Assembly: GCA_016200265.1 (NCBI GenBank)
Contig: JACQFE010000012.1
Coordinates: forward strand, 20,332 to 84,331
From: Planctomycetota bacterium
Lineage (GTDB): Bacteria > Planctomycetota > Phycisphaerae > UBA1845
Direction of reading: 5' to 3'
DNA length: 64,000 bases
Part shown: positions 42,833 through 51,570 of the stretch, in pieces
Numbering within the stretch: the stretch's first letter is position 1
How the letters are laid out: each line of letters opens with the position of its first letter
Program-made: the position numbers and the translations under genes
Notes under the pieces: model-generated
The model's input: the letters and a program-made list of their open reading frames with translations, nothing else
Told to the model about the DNA's origin: nothing
Database searches by the model: none

Positions 42833-43794
42833 TGGCCGAATCCTTCGTCGAATTGACATGTTGCAGAAACGCCTTCCGCCGATGGGGACGTCCTTGAGCG
42901 TACGACAATGGTTCCGGCTGCAAGTAGCAAAAGGATTAGGATGGCCTCGCCCCATTCTGATACTGCGGGGATTGACGTTGGGGCGGTACAGGTAACTCCA
43001 TCGGTCACTATGACGAAGCCGGAGGCAAAGTTGTATGTCACTGGGGACCCATTCGCATCACTTAGGGCGGTGGCTTGTCCCAGTTTGATTTCCCAAATCC
43101 CGCATGCGTCCGCCGACGTATTCAACACGACTTGGGCAAGGGCATCGTTGACGCCGTCGACGGCTAAAACAGTGGAATCGTCGCTGGTAATCGTGTTCAC
43201 GAAGACGCCCCCATCGCTGCCGTCGAGAATGACGCTAAAAAGCGGATCTCGTGTTTTTCCTCCGGCGGTGAAGAGGTTACGCACGTCGTAGAAATTGGTG
43301 CTCGCAATGTTTGCAGTTACCGAACCCTGTACGCTGCCGAATGGCGCGAAATCCACATCGAGTGAGTAGCCAAGAAGGGGCGTTGAATTGTTTCGTATGA
43401 GGAAGAGGATCGATGGAGTTGTTCCAGGCGTTACCACGGTCGTTTGTAGTTGCACCACGATCTGCTCCGACCCTTGCGTGGCGGCAGTGTGCTCGACTGC
43501 GTTGGGGTGGGCAGGGTCGGACGTGTCCTCGCCATGTAGGTTATTTTTTTGGAAGATGGCGGCGTCGAGGACGTTTACCACTCCGTCGTTGTTGAGATCG
43601 GCCGCGGGGTTGAATCCCGGGTCGCCTGTCTTGCGGCCAAGGGAGTGACGCAGGCTCGGGGCGTCCATGAGGGCCGCCGCATCGTCTGGATTCGCGGAGA
43701 CGGTCACTTCGGCAAGTGTTGAAGCGGGAGTAGGAGGCAGGAGAGCAAGGACCAAGCATGATGCCATTAGACGGCCAAGCTTGAAATTCAACAT
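42829..43794 (-). CDS. Secreted protein with dockerin-like repeat and IPTL-CTERM sorting signal
   Basis: Signal peptide; ADLNNDGVVNVLDAAIF; C-terminal SIPAVSEWGEAILILLLLAAGTIVVRSR. Confidence 0.7.
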   Translation of the reverse strand: MLNFKLGRLMASCLVLALLPPTPASTLAEVTVSANPDDAAALMDAPSLRHSLGRKTGDPGFNPAADLNNDGVVNVLDAAIFQKNNLHGEDTSDPAHPNAVEHTAATQGSEQIVVQLQTTVVTPGTTPSILFLIRNNSTPLLGYSLDVDFAPFGSVQGSVTANIASTNFYDVRNLFTAGGKTRDPLFSVILDGSDGGVFVNTITSDDSTVLAVDGVNDALAQVVLNTSADACGIWEIKLGQATALSDANGSPVTYNFASGFVIVTDGVTCTAPTSIPAVSEWGEAILILLLLAAGTIVVRSRTSPSAEGVSATCQFDEGFGQ

Positions 43795-43892
43795 ACGCTC
43801 GCTCTCTATCGCGAATCAATTACTATGAGTGCGTCGCACGGAACACTGGAGCATATCGGAAGGCGATCCCTAAATGCCATACGGAAGATCGT

Positions 43893-44204
43893 CTACTTTT
43901 TGGTCGGCTTACGTTCGGTTCGCATCAGCTTTCGGTCCAGGAGAACCAACTGCACCACGACGCCAATTCGCACGTGGACGTTGAGCCGTCGGAACAGCCC
44001 GTGCGTGTGCATCCGCACGGTTGCGCCGGAAATCGACAGGGCTTTTCCGATGTCGTCCTTATTGCAACCGCGGCAAATCAAACGGGCGATTTGTTTGTGC
44101 CGGGGCGTTAGGCGAAGGGCTGCGGCCAATTCGCTCCAGCGCGAAGCGGTGAATAGCTCCGGGAGTAGCCTTTCCGGGCTTGAGCTCGCCTCATTTTCCG
44201 ACAA
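43893..44204 (-). CDS. LuxR/FixJ-type HTH transcriptional regulator (stand-alone)
   Basis: LTPRHKQIARLICRGCNKDDIGKALSISGATVRMHTHGLFRRLNV is a GerE/LuxR-type HTH. Confidence 0.7.
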   Translation of the reverse strand: MSENEASSSPERLLPELFTASRWSELAAALRLTPRHKQIARLICRGCNKDDIGKALSISGATVRMHTHGLFRRLNVHVRIGVVVQLVLLDRKLMRTERKPTKK

Positions 44205-44369
44205 TCGTGTTCTCCAAGTCCGGCGGCGGTTTGCAAAGCGCGCTCGGTCCTCGGAAGCGTTAGCGCCGCAGATGGATGGGCCCTAACGAAATGATTTCAG
44301 AAAATCCGCGCTTTCTTGGTACAATCGTTTGGCGGTATACGAGTCCAAGGGGTCGGGAACGAAAAACGG

Positions 44370-45002
44370 ATGTCAGTTGCGGAAGAATCGTTGACAACCG
44401 CCGCCCTTGCAGGCGACCGTGAGGCCTTGGGCGAACTCCTCGTCCGGTGCGACGGCAACCTCCGCAATCGAATCGCCGACGGCATTCCGCGTGCGTACCG
44501 CCCGGCGCTTGATGTCGCCGACGTGTTGCAAGTGACCTATCTCGAAGCGTTTCTTCGGATCGGCCAATTCCAGCCCAATGGGAATGGCTCATTCATCGCG
44601 TGGTTGACGACAAGCGCAGAGAACAACCTCCGCGACGCCCTTCGGGCGCTCGACCGTGACAAGCGTCCGCCCCGGCGAAAACAGGTCGCTTCTTCCTTGA
44701 GCGATGATTCATACGTGGTGCTCTTGGCAAGTCTGGCCGAGTCAGCTTCGACCCCCAGTCACTGCGTTTCATGTGACGAAGCCAAGCAAGCCCTTGAATC
44801 AGCGATTGGGAAGCTGCCTCCAGATTACGAAAGAGTAGTCCGGCTGAGCGACTTGCAAGGGCTCTCGGCGGCGGACGTTGCCCAACAAATGCAGCGGTCA
44901 GTTCCGGCGGTGTATATGCTCAAGGCCCGCGCTCACGAACACTTGGTGACCTTGTTGGGAAGAGGCTCGCAGTTCTTCAGCGGCGGGTTTCAAACCGGCT
45001 AG
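44370..45002 (+). CDS. ECF-type sigma-70 family RNA polymerase sigma factor
   Basis: Region 2 (ALGELLVRCDGNLRNRI...DVADVLQVTYLEAF) and region 4 HTH (LSAADVAQQMQRSVPAVYMLKARAHEHL). Confidence 0.8.
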   Translation: MSVAEESLTTAALAGDREALGELLVRCDGNLRNRIADGIPRAYRPALDVADVLQVTYLEAFLRIGQFQPNGNGSFIAWLTTSAENNLRDALRALDRDKRPPRRKQVASSLSDDSYVVLLASLAESASTPSHCVSCDEAKQALESAIGKLPPDYERVVRLSDLQGLSAADVAQQMQRSVPAVYMLKARAHEHLVTLLGRGSQFFSGGFQTG

Positions 45003-45024
45003 TGTTGGTGGTGTATCTGCACCG

Positions 45025-47619
45025 ATGGACGATTCGTCAAATTCCAACGAACGAGGATTGCCGACCGATGCGCAGGAGCTTGTCGACTACGCGCGGCGTC
45101 AGGCGGATTGTTCGGCACTGACATGCGAACAGGCGGCGGCGCCCGGTCCTCTACCCGATTCAATTCCCGGCTACGACTTGTTGAAAGAGATTCACCGGGG
45201 TGGGCAGGGGGTCGTTTACGAGGCGAAGCAACAATCGACCCGACGCAAGGTGGCGATCAAGGTTCTGCGCGAAGGCCCGTTCGCAGGACGCATCGAACAA
45301 GCACGTTTTGAGCGCGAGACGGAGATACTGGTCCGTCTCAAACATCCGAACATTGTTGCGGTCCTGGATGCCGGTGTGACCGCTGAGCACCGTTACCTAG
45401 TGATGGAGTTTGTAGAGGGTACGGCGCTCGATGAATACCTTGTCGGCGGCCTGAGTAACTCAGGGTCGAGAGACAGGACCGCACTTTTGCTTCGGTTGTT
45501 TCTGAAAATTTGTGAAGCGCTGAATGCGGCACATCTTCGCGGAGTGGTTCATCGCGATCTTAAACCGAGCAACATCCGAATTGACGCCCAAGGCGAACCG
45601 CATGTGCTCGACTTCGGCCTGGGGCGTCTGCTTGGCGATGAGGAATCGTCTTCATCGGATGGCCGGTCGCTCACGATCACGGGGCAATTCGTGGGGTCGC
45701 TCCCGTGGGCCAGCCCGGAACAAGCCGAAGGCGTTTCGGACAAGATCGACATTCGCACCGACGTGTATGGATTGGGTCTGATTCTGTTTTTCATGCTCAC
45801 CCGACGGTTCCCGTACGAAGTCGTGGGGCCGATGCAAACAATTCTGGAAACAATCCAGCGGGCGGTGGCCGTCAGGCCAAGCTCGTTTCACGAAGAGATC
45901 GACGACGACTTGGATACGATGGTCCTTCGATGTTTAAGCAAGGAGCGCGAGCGGCGTTACCAAAGCGCCGGCGAACTCGGTCGCGACGTTGAACGCTATC
46001 TTGACGGGGAGCCGATCGAAGCCAAGCGCGATAGTACATGGTACGTACTACGAAAGACCGTAAACCGTCATCGTGGCGTGTTCGTCGCGGGAATTGCCTT
46101 GGTGTTTCTCCTCGGCGTCGGTCTAGTGGTCACTTCGACGCTTTACATTCGATCGGTCTCGGCGGAGCGAAACGCTAAGCGCCGATTAGAACAGGCCCAA
46201 CAACTTGCCCATGCCTTTATCTTCGACTTGGATGAGAAGCTTCAAAAGGGGCCGATGTCGGCCCGTGAGTTCTACGTAAAAACGGCATTCGAGTACCTCA
46301 ATCATCTTGCTGGAGAGGGCTTAAGCGATCCGCGGCTTCTCGAAGACATCGTGGCGGCGTACATCAAAATTGGCGACGTTCAAGGCAATGCAACGTACGC
46401 GAATCGCGGAGACGCGAAAGCGGCAATGGCGACTTTCGAGACGGCGTTTTCGATTGCCAAGGAAGCCATGAACCGTCGCCCTGATGATCGGGGATTGGAA
46501 CGGCAACTTGCCACAGTTTACGAACGGATCGGGGATATGCAGACGTACATGAGCGGGTCCCACTCCGAAGCAGCATTGGAGACGTTCCGGCTGTGCCTTG
46601 AAATCCGAGAACGGATTGCGAGGAAATCACCGGACGAGTTGCTCTCGATTCGTGAACTCGCTTCGGTTCTAAATCGCATCGGCAACGCGGAGCTGGAAAT
46701 GGGACGCTTCGACGAAGCCTTGGCGACATACGAACGAAATCTCGCCATGCGAAAACTCTTGTCCGAGCGGGAACCCGAGAATCTGGAAGCGCGGCTCAGC
46801 TTGGCGTTGGGCTATCGCCGAATCGGTAATGCTTATGCAGCTTTGGAACGACAGCTTGATGCACTTTCGTATCTGGAGACCGCGATCAGCATCGTGGACG
46901 AGGCGGCGGCGGCCGGGTCGGAGACCAATGACCTGAAAGAGACTCGCCTGCTGTTGTCAAACAAGATCGCCGAAACGCAACTTGCGATAGGCAATCCCTC
47001 AGCGGCGCGGGGTCGCGCCCAGGTGAGCGTGCGCACGGCGGAGGAACTCTCGATCGCTGACCCCGACAACGTGCAGGCGGCGGTCAACCAATGGTATGCG
47101 AACCATTACCTGGGGATGGCCTACGAAGATCTTGGTCGGCTTTCGGAAGCGCTCGTACAGTTCCACAAGGGCGTCGAAGTGGCTTCTGAGCTTCTGGAGC
47201 GACGGCCGGGGCAAAAATCGGGCCGGCACATCCTAGCACACGCTTACGAGAGCCTTGGAAGAGTGAAGTGGGAGGCTGGTGATTTCGAGGAAGCACTCAT
47301 CAATTTCCGGCGGTGCGTGGAAATTCGGGACGCGCTCGTTGGGGAAGATCCAGCTTCCGCCCACGTCCAAGAGGCGCTCGCCGCGAGTTGTAAGAGCTTG
47401 GCGGACCTTCTGAAGACGATGGGCAACGAAGGCTGTGAAGCTGAAGGGGCTCACTCATCGCGTCGACGCGAAGCAAAGGCTTACTATGTGCGAAGCTTGG
47501 AGATTATCCAGGCCTTGGCAACGCAGGGGACTCTCAGTCCGAGGTTCGTGGCTTGGCCGGAGACGTTGACGGCTGAGGTTCGAGAGGCTGACCGGGCGAT
47601 GGCTTCGTCGGGGGAATAG
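45025..47619 (+). CDS. Ser/Thr protein kinase with TM segment and TPR-rich C-terminal domain
   Basis: GGQGVVYEA, VAIKVL, HRDLKPSNI, DFGLGR, SLPWASPEQ. One TM segment (VFVAGIALVFLLGVGLVV), then repeated TPR-like helices. Confidence 0.9.
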   Translation: MDDSSNSNERGLPTDAQELVDYARRQADCSALTCEQAAAPGPLPDSIPGYDLLKEIHRGGQGVVYEAKQQSTRRKVAIKVLREGPFAGRIEQARFERETEILVRLKHPNIVAVLDAGVTAEHRYLVMEFVEGTALDEYLVGGLSNSGSRDRTALLLRLFLKICEALNAAHLRGVVHRDLKPSNIRIDAQGEPHVLDFGLGRLLGDEESSSSDGRSLTITGQFVGSLPWASPEQAEGVSDKIDIRTDVYGLGLILFFMLTRRFPYEVVGPMQTILETIQRAVAVRPSSFHEEIDDDLDTMVLRCLSKERERRYQSAGELGRDVERYLDGEPIEAKRDSTWYVLRKTVNRHRGVFVAGIALVFLLGVGLVVTSTLYIRSVSAERNAKRRLEQAQQLAHAFIFDLDEKLQKGPMSAREFYVKTAFEYLNHLAGEGLSDPRLLEDIVAAYIKIGDVQGNATYANRGDAKAAMATFETAFSIAKEAMNRRPDDRGLERQLATVYERIGDMQTYMSGSHSEAALETFRLCLEIRERIARKSPDELLSIRELASVLNRIGNAELEMGRFDEALATYERNLAMRKLLSEREPENLEARLSLALGYRRIGNAYAALERQLDALSYLETAISIVDEAAAAGSETNDLKETRLLLSNKIAETQLAIGNPSAARGRAQVSVRTAEELSIADPDNVQAAVNQWYANHYLGMAYEDLGRLSEALVQFHKGVEVASELLERRPGQKSGRHILAHAYESLGRVKWEAGDFEEALINFRRCVEIRDALVGEDPASAHVQEALAASCKSLADLLKTMGNEGCEAEGAHSSRRREAKAYYVRSLEIIQALATQGTLSPRFVAWPETLTAEVREADRAMASSGE

Positions 47620-47687
47620 GGAGCCGTACTTGTAAAACTGGACTACGAGGGTCGGATTGTTGGCCGGTTCGCTCGAGTTCTGTTCGT

Positions 47688-49241
47688 CTACGGTGCGAGC
47701 ATCTTAAGCTCGACCAACACGTCGCCGAGGTCAATAAGGTACTGTTGGGCCTGTCGAAGCTCGCGGAGTTCGGCGGGGGAGAGCTTTTCGAACACGGGGC
47801 CATAACCCCAGCGCGGACGCATGGTGTCCTCGCTCACACGCATGGTCCCGAAGCGTGCCTTGGCATTTCCGCAATACCAGAGTTTCTTGAGGCCCGAGTC
47901 GTTGAGCTGGAGGGCTCCGAAAGCACGAAGTGCATTGAGGGAGACGGGCGTCTTCTCAAGATTCGGCGTGCGCTGGCCGGGCTGCCAAACGCCGGACGTG
48001 GTGAACGGAGCCAAAACCCTTCGGATTTCCGTGCTTTGAGCAAGGGCTATCCGTCGGGCCGCCTCGGCGTCGCCCACCGTCTTCGTGGCCTTGGCCTCGG
48101 CCTGTTTCTTTTGAGCTTCTTCATCGGCGCGGATTTGACCGACTTCGTTTTCACCTTGCTGGCGAATGGCTTCTCCCTTTTCGGCGGCGATGCGCGCAAT
48201 TTTTTCCTTGCGCGCCGCATCTTCGGCCTGCGCTATCTTTCCGGTCTGCTCCTCGGCTTCACGTTCCGCAAGTTGATCCAGCGCTTCCCTGAGCGTCATG
48301 TTGGCGGACCGTCCGACGGCCTGGGCTTGGCGAAGCGTCGTTTCTATTTGGAGTCTCGGCTCGCGATAAGCGGTGACCAAGGCCGCTGCGCTCGTCGCTT
48401 CCTCTCCGAGCTTTCGACGTACTCCCGGATTTGGCGAGAAGGGGGTTTGATCCTTCACCAGTGCGGTGTTGATGGGTTCGAGGAGCGATTCCACATTGCG
48501 GCGAATCGCTTCCGCATCTTGTTTGGACGGGCGGGGCTTCTCGTAGATGGCGCGAAACGATCGAAGGTATGTCTCATCGGCCGCGAGGAACTTTCCGCGA
48601 TCATCCGACAAAAGCGTCTCAACACCGTTCCAAGCGTTGAACTCATCTTGGAAGTCCGCAAGGAGTCGCAGGACCTTCGCGCCCTCATCGGCCACTGCTT
48701 GAAGGTCGGCACGGGCGAGTGTGGTTTGTTCTTTCAGTCGCCGTTCGCTTTCCGCAAGTTCGCGGCGTTTCTCTTCTTCTGCGGCGTGTCGAGCTTGCTC
48801 TTCCAACGCCGGGTCGGTCGGCGGCGACTGCTGTGGTACGGAAATCGCGAGTTCGGGCGGTACATCGCGGCTCCGCATGAGCAGCACGTATCCGACCAGA
48901 CCAAGAAATGCCAGGGCAGATATGCCGGCAAGCAACCAAATTAGTAACCCTGAACGCGACGATGAGTGGGGCGTGGTCGCGACTTGCGATTGCGCGGCGT
49001 GGTCCTTCATCAACCATTGGGCGTTTTCGTACTTGTAAGTGTAGGTGGCTTCAGTCGCTCGGAGCACGAGCGGCTGTCCTTCGCCCGCCAGTTTGTCGAC
49101 CACCATGTCGCGAAAAGACTTTCGCTCAAACTCTCTCGATTGGTCGAACGATTCCGAGCCGATGGAGTAGGATCCGTCGGCATGCAGTTTGATTCGGCCA
49201 CAGGGCTTCGCCGGTGCCCAGATTTCAACGTCTGGATTCAT
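47688..49241 (-). CDS. Membrane-anchored coiled-coil protein, unknown function
   Basis: One TM segment (LLIWLLAGISALAFLGLVGYVLLM), long E/A/K/R-rich helical regions, and a conserved-looking C-terminal domain. No family recognised. Confidence 0.55.
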   Translation of the reverse strand: MNPDVEIWAPAKPCGRIKLHADGSYSIGSESFDQSREFERKSFRDMVVDKLAGEGQPLVLRATEATYTYKYENAQWLMKDHAAQSQVATTPHSSSRSGLLIWLLAGISALAFLGLVGYVLLMRSRDVPPELAISVPQQSPPTDPALEEQARHAAEEEKRRELAESERRLKEQTTLARADLQAVADEGAKVLRLLADFQDEFNAWNGVETLLSDDRGKFLAADETYLRSFRAIYEKPRPSKQDAEAIRRNVESLLEPINTALVKDQTPFSPNPGVRRKLGEEATSAAALVTAYREPRLQIETTLRQAQAVGRSANMTLREALDQLAEREAEEQTGKIAQAEDAARKEKIARIAAEKGEAIRQQGENEVGQIRADEEAQKKQAEAKATKTVGDAEAARRIALAQSTEIRRVLAPFTTSGVWQPGQRTPNLEKTPVSLNALRAFGALQLNDSGLKKLWYCGNAKARFGTMRVSEDTMRPRWGYGPVFEKLSPAELRELRQAQQYLIDLGDVLVELKMLAP

Positions 49242-49734
49242 CCCGTGTCTCCGCGCACTTGGGAAAAACTGGTCGCAACTTCCGATTGAGGGTACTGCGG
49301 TACGCAAAGCAGGCCAAAAGTCAAGGAATGTGGATTTTGCGACGAGCGGCCTGAGTCAGAGCGTTGCACTCAAGCAACCAAGGGCAATGGATGGTTTAGG
49401 CGGGGGAAACCCAGTGAATCCTCGAATCGCGGTTTACAAAACCGAAAATCGCACGACGTAAACCAATGGCTATTCGAGTTTTATGAACAACCCTCCGAGT
49501 GTCTTAGGGCGGCGCTTGCGCATTCTCAGGAGCCTCTGGTACAACTCCTCAGGCTTGCAAAGACTTGGCCGCGAATATCGCGGCCTATCCGCGAGGCCTT
49601 GGTGGCGATATCATCACCTTTCTCTTAATCGAAAATTTTCCGATCACGCCTAACGGGCAAGGGCATTTGTCCCGGATTCAATTCCGCTTTCCACAATCCC
49701 GATTCTCCTATCCCTCCGCCAAATAGTTTGATGA

Positions 49735-49782
49735 CAAACAATTTGTTTGACATGTAAAACTTTCCGGTTAGAATTTGTTTGG
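49735..49782 (+). promoter_or_regulatory. Sigma70-like promoter with an overlapping palindrome/direct repeat (candidate metalloregulator operator)
   Basis: TTGACA 49747-49752, 16 nt spacer, TAGAAT 49769-49774. Palindrome CAAACAA-T-TTGTTTG at 49735-49749. ATTTGTTTG is repeated at 49741-49749 and 49773-49781. Confidence 0.45.
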
Positions 49783-49794
49783 TAGTCTCAAGGG

Positions 49795-50931
49795 ATGCCT
49801 CCAAGGATTGCGCAACCTTCGGCAGTCAGATTGTCAAGGACGTCGGCTTTGTCCGACGTTTTGCCGCCTAGACCGGAGTTTTTCATGCACGACGACGATT
49901 GCAGCCAACCCGCAGAGGAGAACGGCTGTCCCGGCGCGTGCGCGCCGGGCTTGTGCCAGCGCACTGGGATCGTCCGAACGCTTATCGTCTTGAGTATGGC
50001 GCTGGTTGTGTTGGGCGTACTGGTCTGGCACGGCGTCACCTCCGGCGGCAATCCGGACCCAAGTGCGGAGAACATCAGCCCTGCCGCCGCGGTAATGAAC
50101 ACGGGCATCCTTGTTTTCCGTGAGGGCTTGGAAGCCGTGCTAGTGCTGGCGGCGCTCACGGCCAGCCTTGTTCGCACCCGCGAGGGCCTGTGGAAACCCA
50201 TCGCTATCGGCGCCATGTTTTCGGTACTAGCCACGGTGATCACCTGGTTCATCGTCGTGGCGATCATCGACCGCATCAACGCTCCAGCCCTACACGTCCA
50301 GGCGGCGACTGGACTCTTAGCCATTGTGGTTTTGATGTTCATCATGAACTGGTTCTTCCATAAGCTCTACTGGGCGGGGTGGATCTGCCTGCACGAGCGA
50401 CGCAAGCGCGCGATCATAGATGCTCCGACCGCGAGCGGGCGGGCGGTGTTCTGGGGTTTGGTGCTGCTCGGCCTGACGGCGGTGTACCGTGAGGGGTTCG
50501 AGGTAGTGCTGTTCCTCCAGAGCCTTCGGCTGCGGGTCGGGGAGCACTTGGTGCTAGTGGGAACGGCTATCGGGCTAGGGCTGACAGCCACCGTTGGGGG
50601 TTTGGCTTTTATAGCGCAACAGAAACTCCCATACAGGAAGATGCTGGTGGCGACGGGCATCATGCTTGGAAGCGTGCTTCTGGTCATGGTGGGCGAAAGC
50701 GTGCAGGAACTCCAGCAGGCCGGGTGGATCACGACGACGCCCGTTGCGCTGCCGCTACCAGGTTGGCTTGGCATGTGGTTCGCCGTCTTCCCAAACGTCG
50801 AGGGTCTGGCATCGCAGGCGTTCGCTGCGGCGCTGGTGATTGGGTCGTACGTCCTCGCTGAGCGCTCACACCGATGGCGCAAGCATACCGTGTCTGTCGT
50901 CGTGCCCGCACGGACAGCGGGGAGCATGTGA
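49795..50931 (+). CDS. FTR1/EfeU-family high-affinity iron permease
   Basis: Two RExxE motifs (FREGLEAVLVLAAL and YREGFEVVLFLQSL) in a 7-TM-like protein. Cys-rich N-terminal extension (CSQPAEENGCPGACAPGLC). The start could be ATG 49885. Confidence 0.75.
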   Translation: MPPRIAQPSAVRLSRTSALSDVLPPRPEFFMHDDDCSQPAEENGCPGACAPGLCQRTGIVRTLIVLSMALVVLGVLVWHGVTSGGNPDPSAENISPAAAVMNTGILVFREGLEAVLVLAALTASLVRTREGLWKPIAIGAMFSVLATVITWFIVVAIIDRINAPALHVQAATGLLAIVVLMFIMNWFFHKLYWAGWICLHERRKRAIIDAPTASGRAVFWGLVLLGLTAVYREGFEVVLFLQSLRLRVGEHLVLVGTAIGLGLTATVGGLAFIAQQKLPYRKMLVATGIMLGSVLLVMVGESVQELQQAGWITTTPVALPLPGWLGMWFAVFPNVEGLASQAFAAALVIGSYVLAERSHRWRKHTVSVVVPARTAGSM

Positions 50932-51001
50932 GTCACGGGCCTGAGCAAGGCTCTCGCTGCGCCAGGCGAATGCAGTAGTTGTAATTGAGGAGTCGTCGAA
51001 A

Positions 51002-51523
51002 ATGCATGAACACGAGGGTTTATCGCCGACACATGAAATGTACCTGAAAGTGATCTACCGCCTTAGGCAGGAAAACGAAATCGCTCGCGTCCGCGACATG
51101 GCAAAGGGGCTCGGCGTCACGCCAGGAACAGTATCGGCGGTGCTCAAGAAGCTGGAACGCGCCGGCTTACTTCTGCACGACCGGTATGGGGCCATCAAGC
51201 TGACCCCCGCTGGCGAGCGGGTTGCGGAGTGCGTCATTCGGAAATTCGACACGATCAGGTTGCTGCTTACCGAAGTGCTAGGACTCGACCCCGAGACCGC
51301 TGAAGTTGACGCATGCACGATGGAACATGCCGTCAGCCCTGCCACGATCAACCGGATGGAATATCTCCTTCGGCTTGTTCATTCGGGCCGGATTGACGTT
51401 CGGGCAATGTCTCGCGCGAGTTCAGCCCGGAACAAAGCGACTTGCATCGACTGTGAATCGCTTGGCGCGTGCCAGGCTGTGGCTGCCCTCACGCTTGGAC
51501 GCGTTCCTCACGAGCGAAATTGA
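51002..51523 (+). CDS. DtxR/MntR-family metal-dependent transcriptional regulator
   Basis: LSPTHEMYLKVIYRL...ARVRDMAKGLGVTPGTVSAVLKKLERAGLL...KLTPAGERVA...TMEHAVSP. Confidence 0.8.
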   Translation: MHEHEGLSPTHEMYLKVIYRLRQENEIARVRDMAKGLGVTPGTVSAVLKKLERAGLLLHDRYGAIKLTPAGERVAECVIRKFDTIRLLLTEVLGLDPETAEVDACTMEHAVSPATINRMEYLLRLVHSGRIDVRAMSRASSARNKATCIDCESLGACQAVAALTLGRVPHERN

Positions 51524-51570
51524 TTCGTTTGCCGAACAACAGCTTGTATTCGTACTTGGAGGCTTCTTGA

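Noticed and set aside
49430-49700. tRNA-like fragments (GGTTTACAAAACC; GGATTCAATTCC) as a possible right-end att repeat
   Set aside because: The stems do not complete a T-arm or anticodon arm, and neither matches the tRNA-Gly at 11324..11395.
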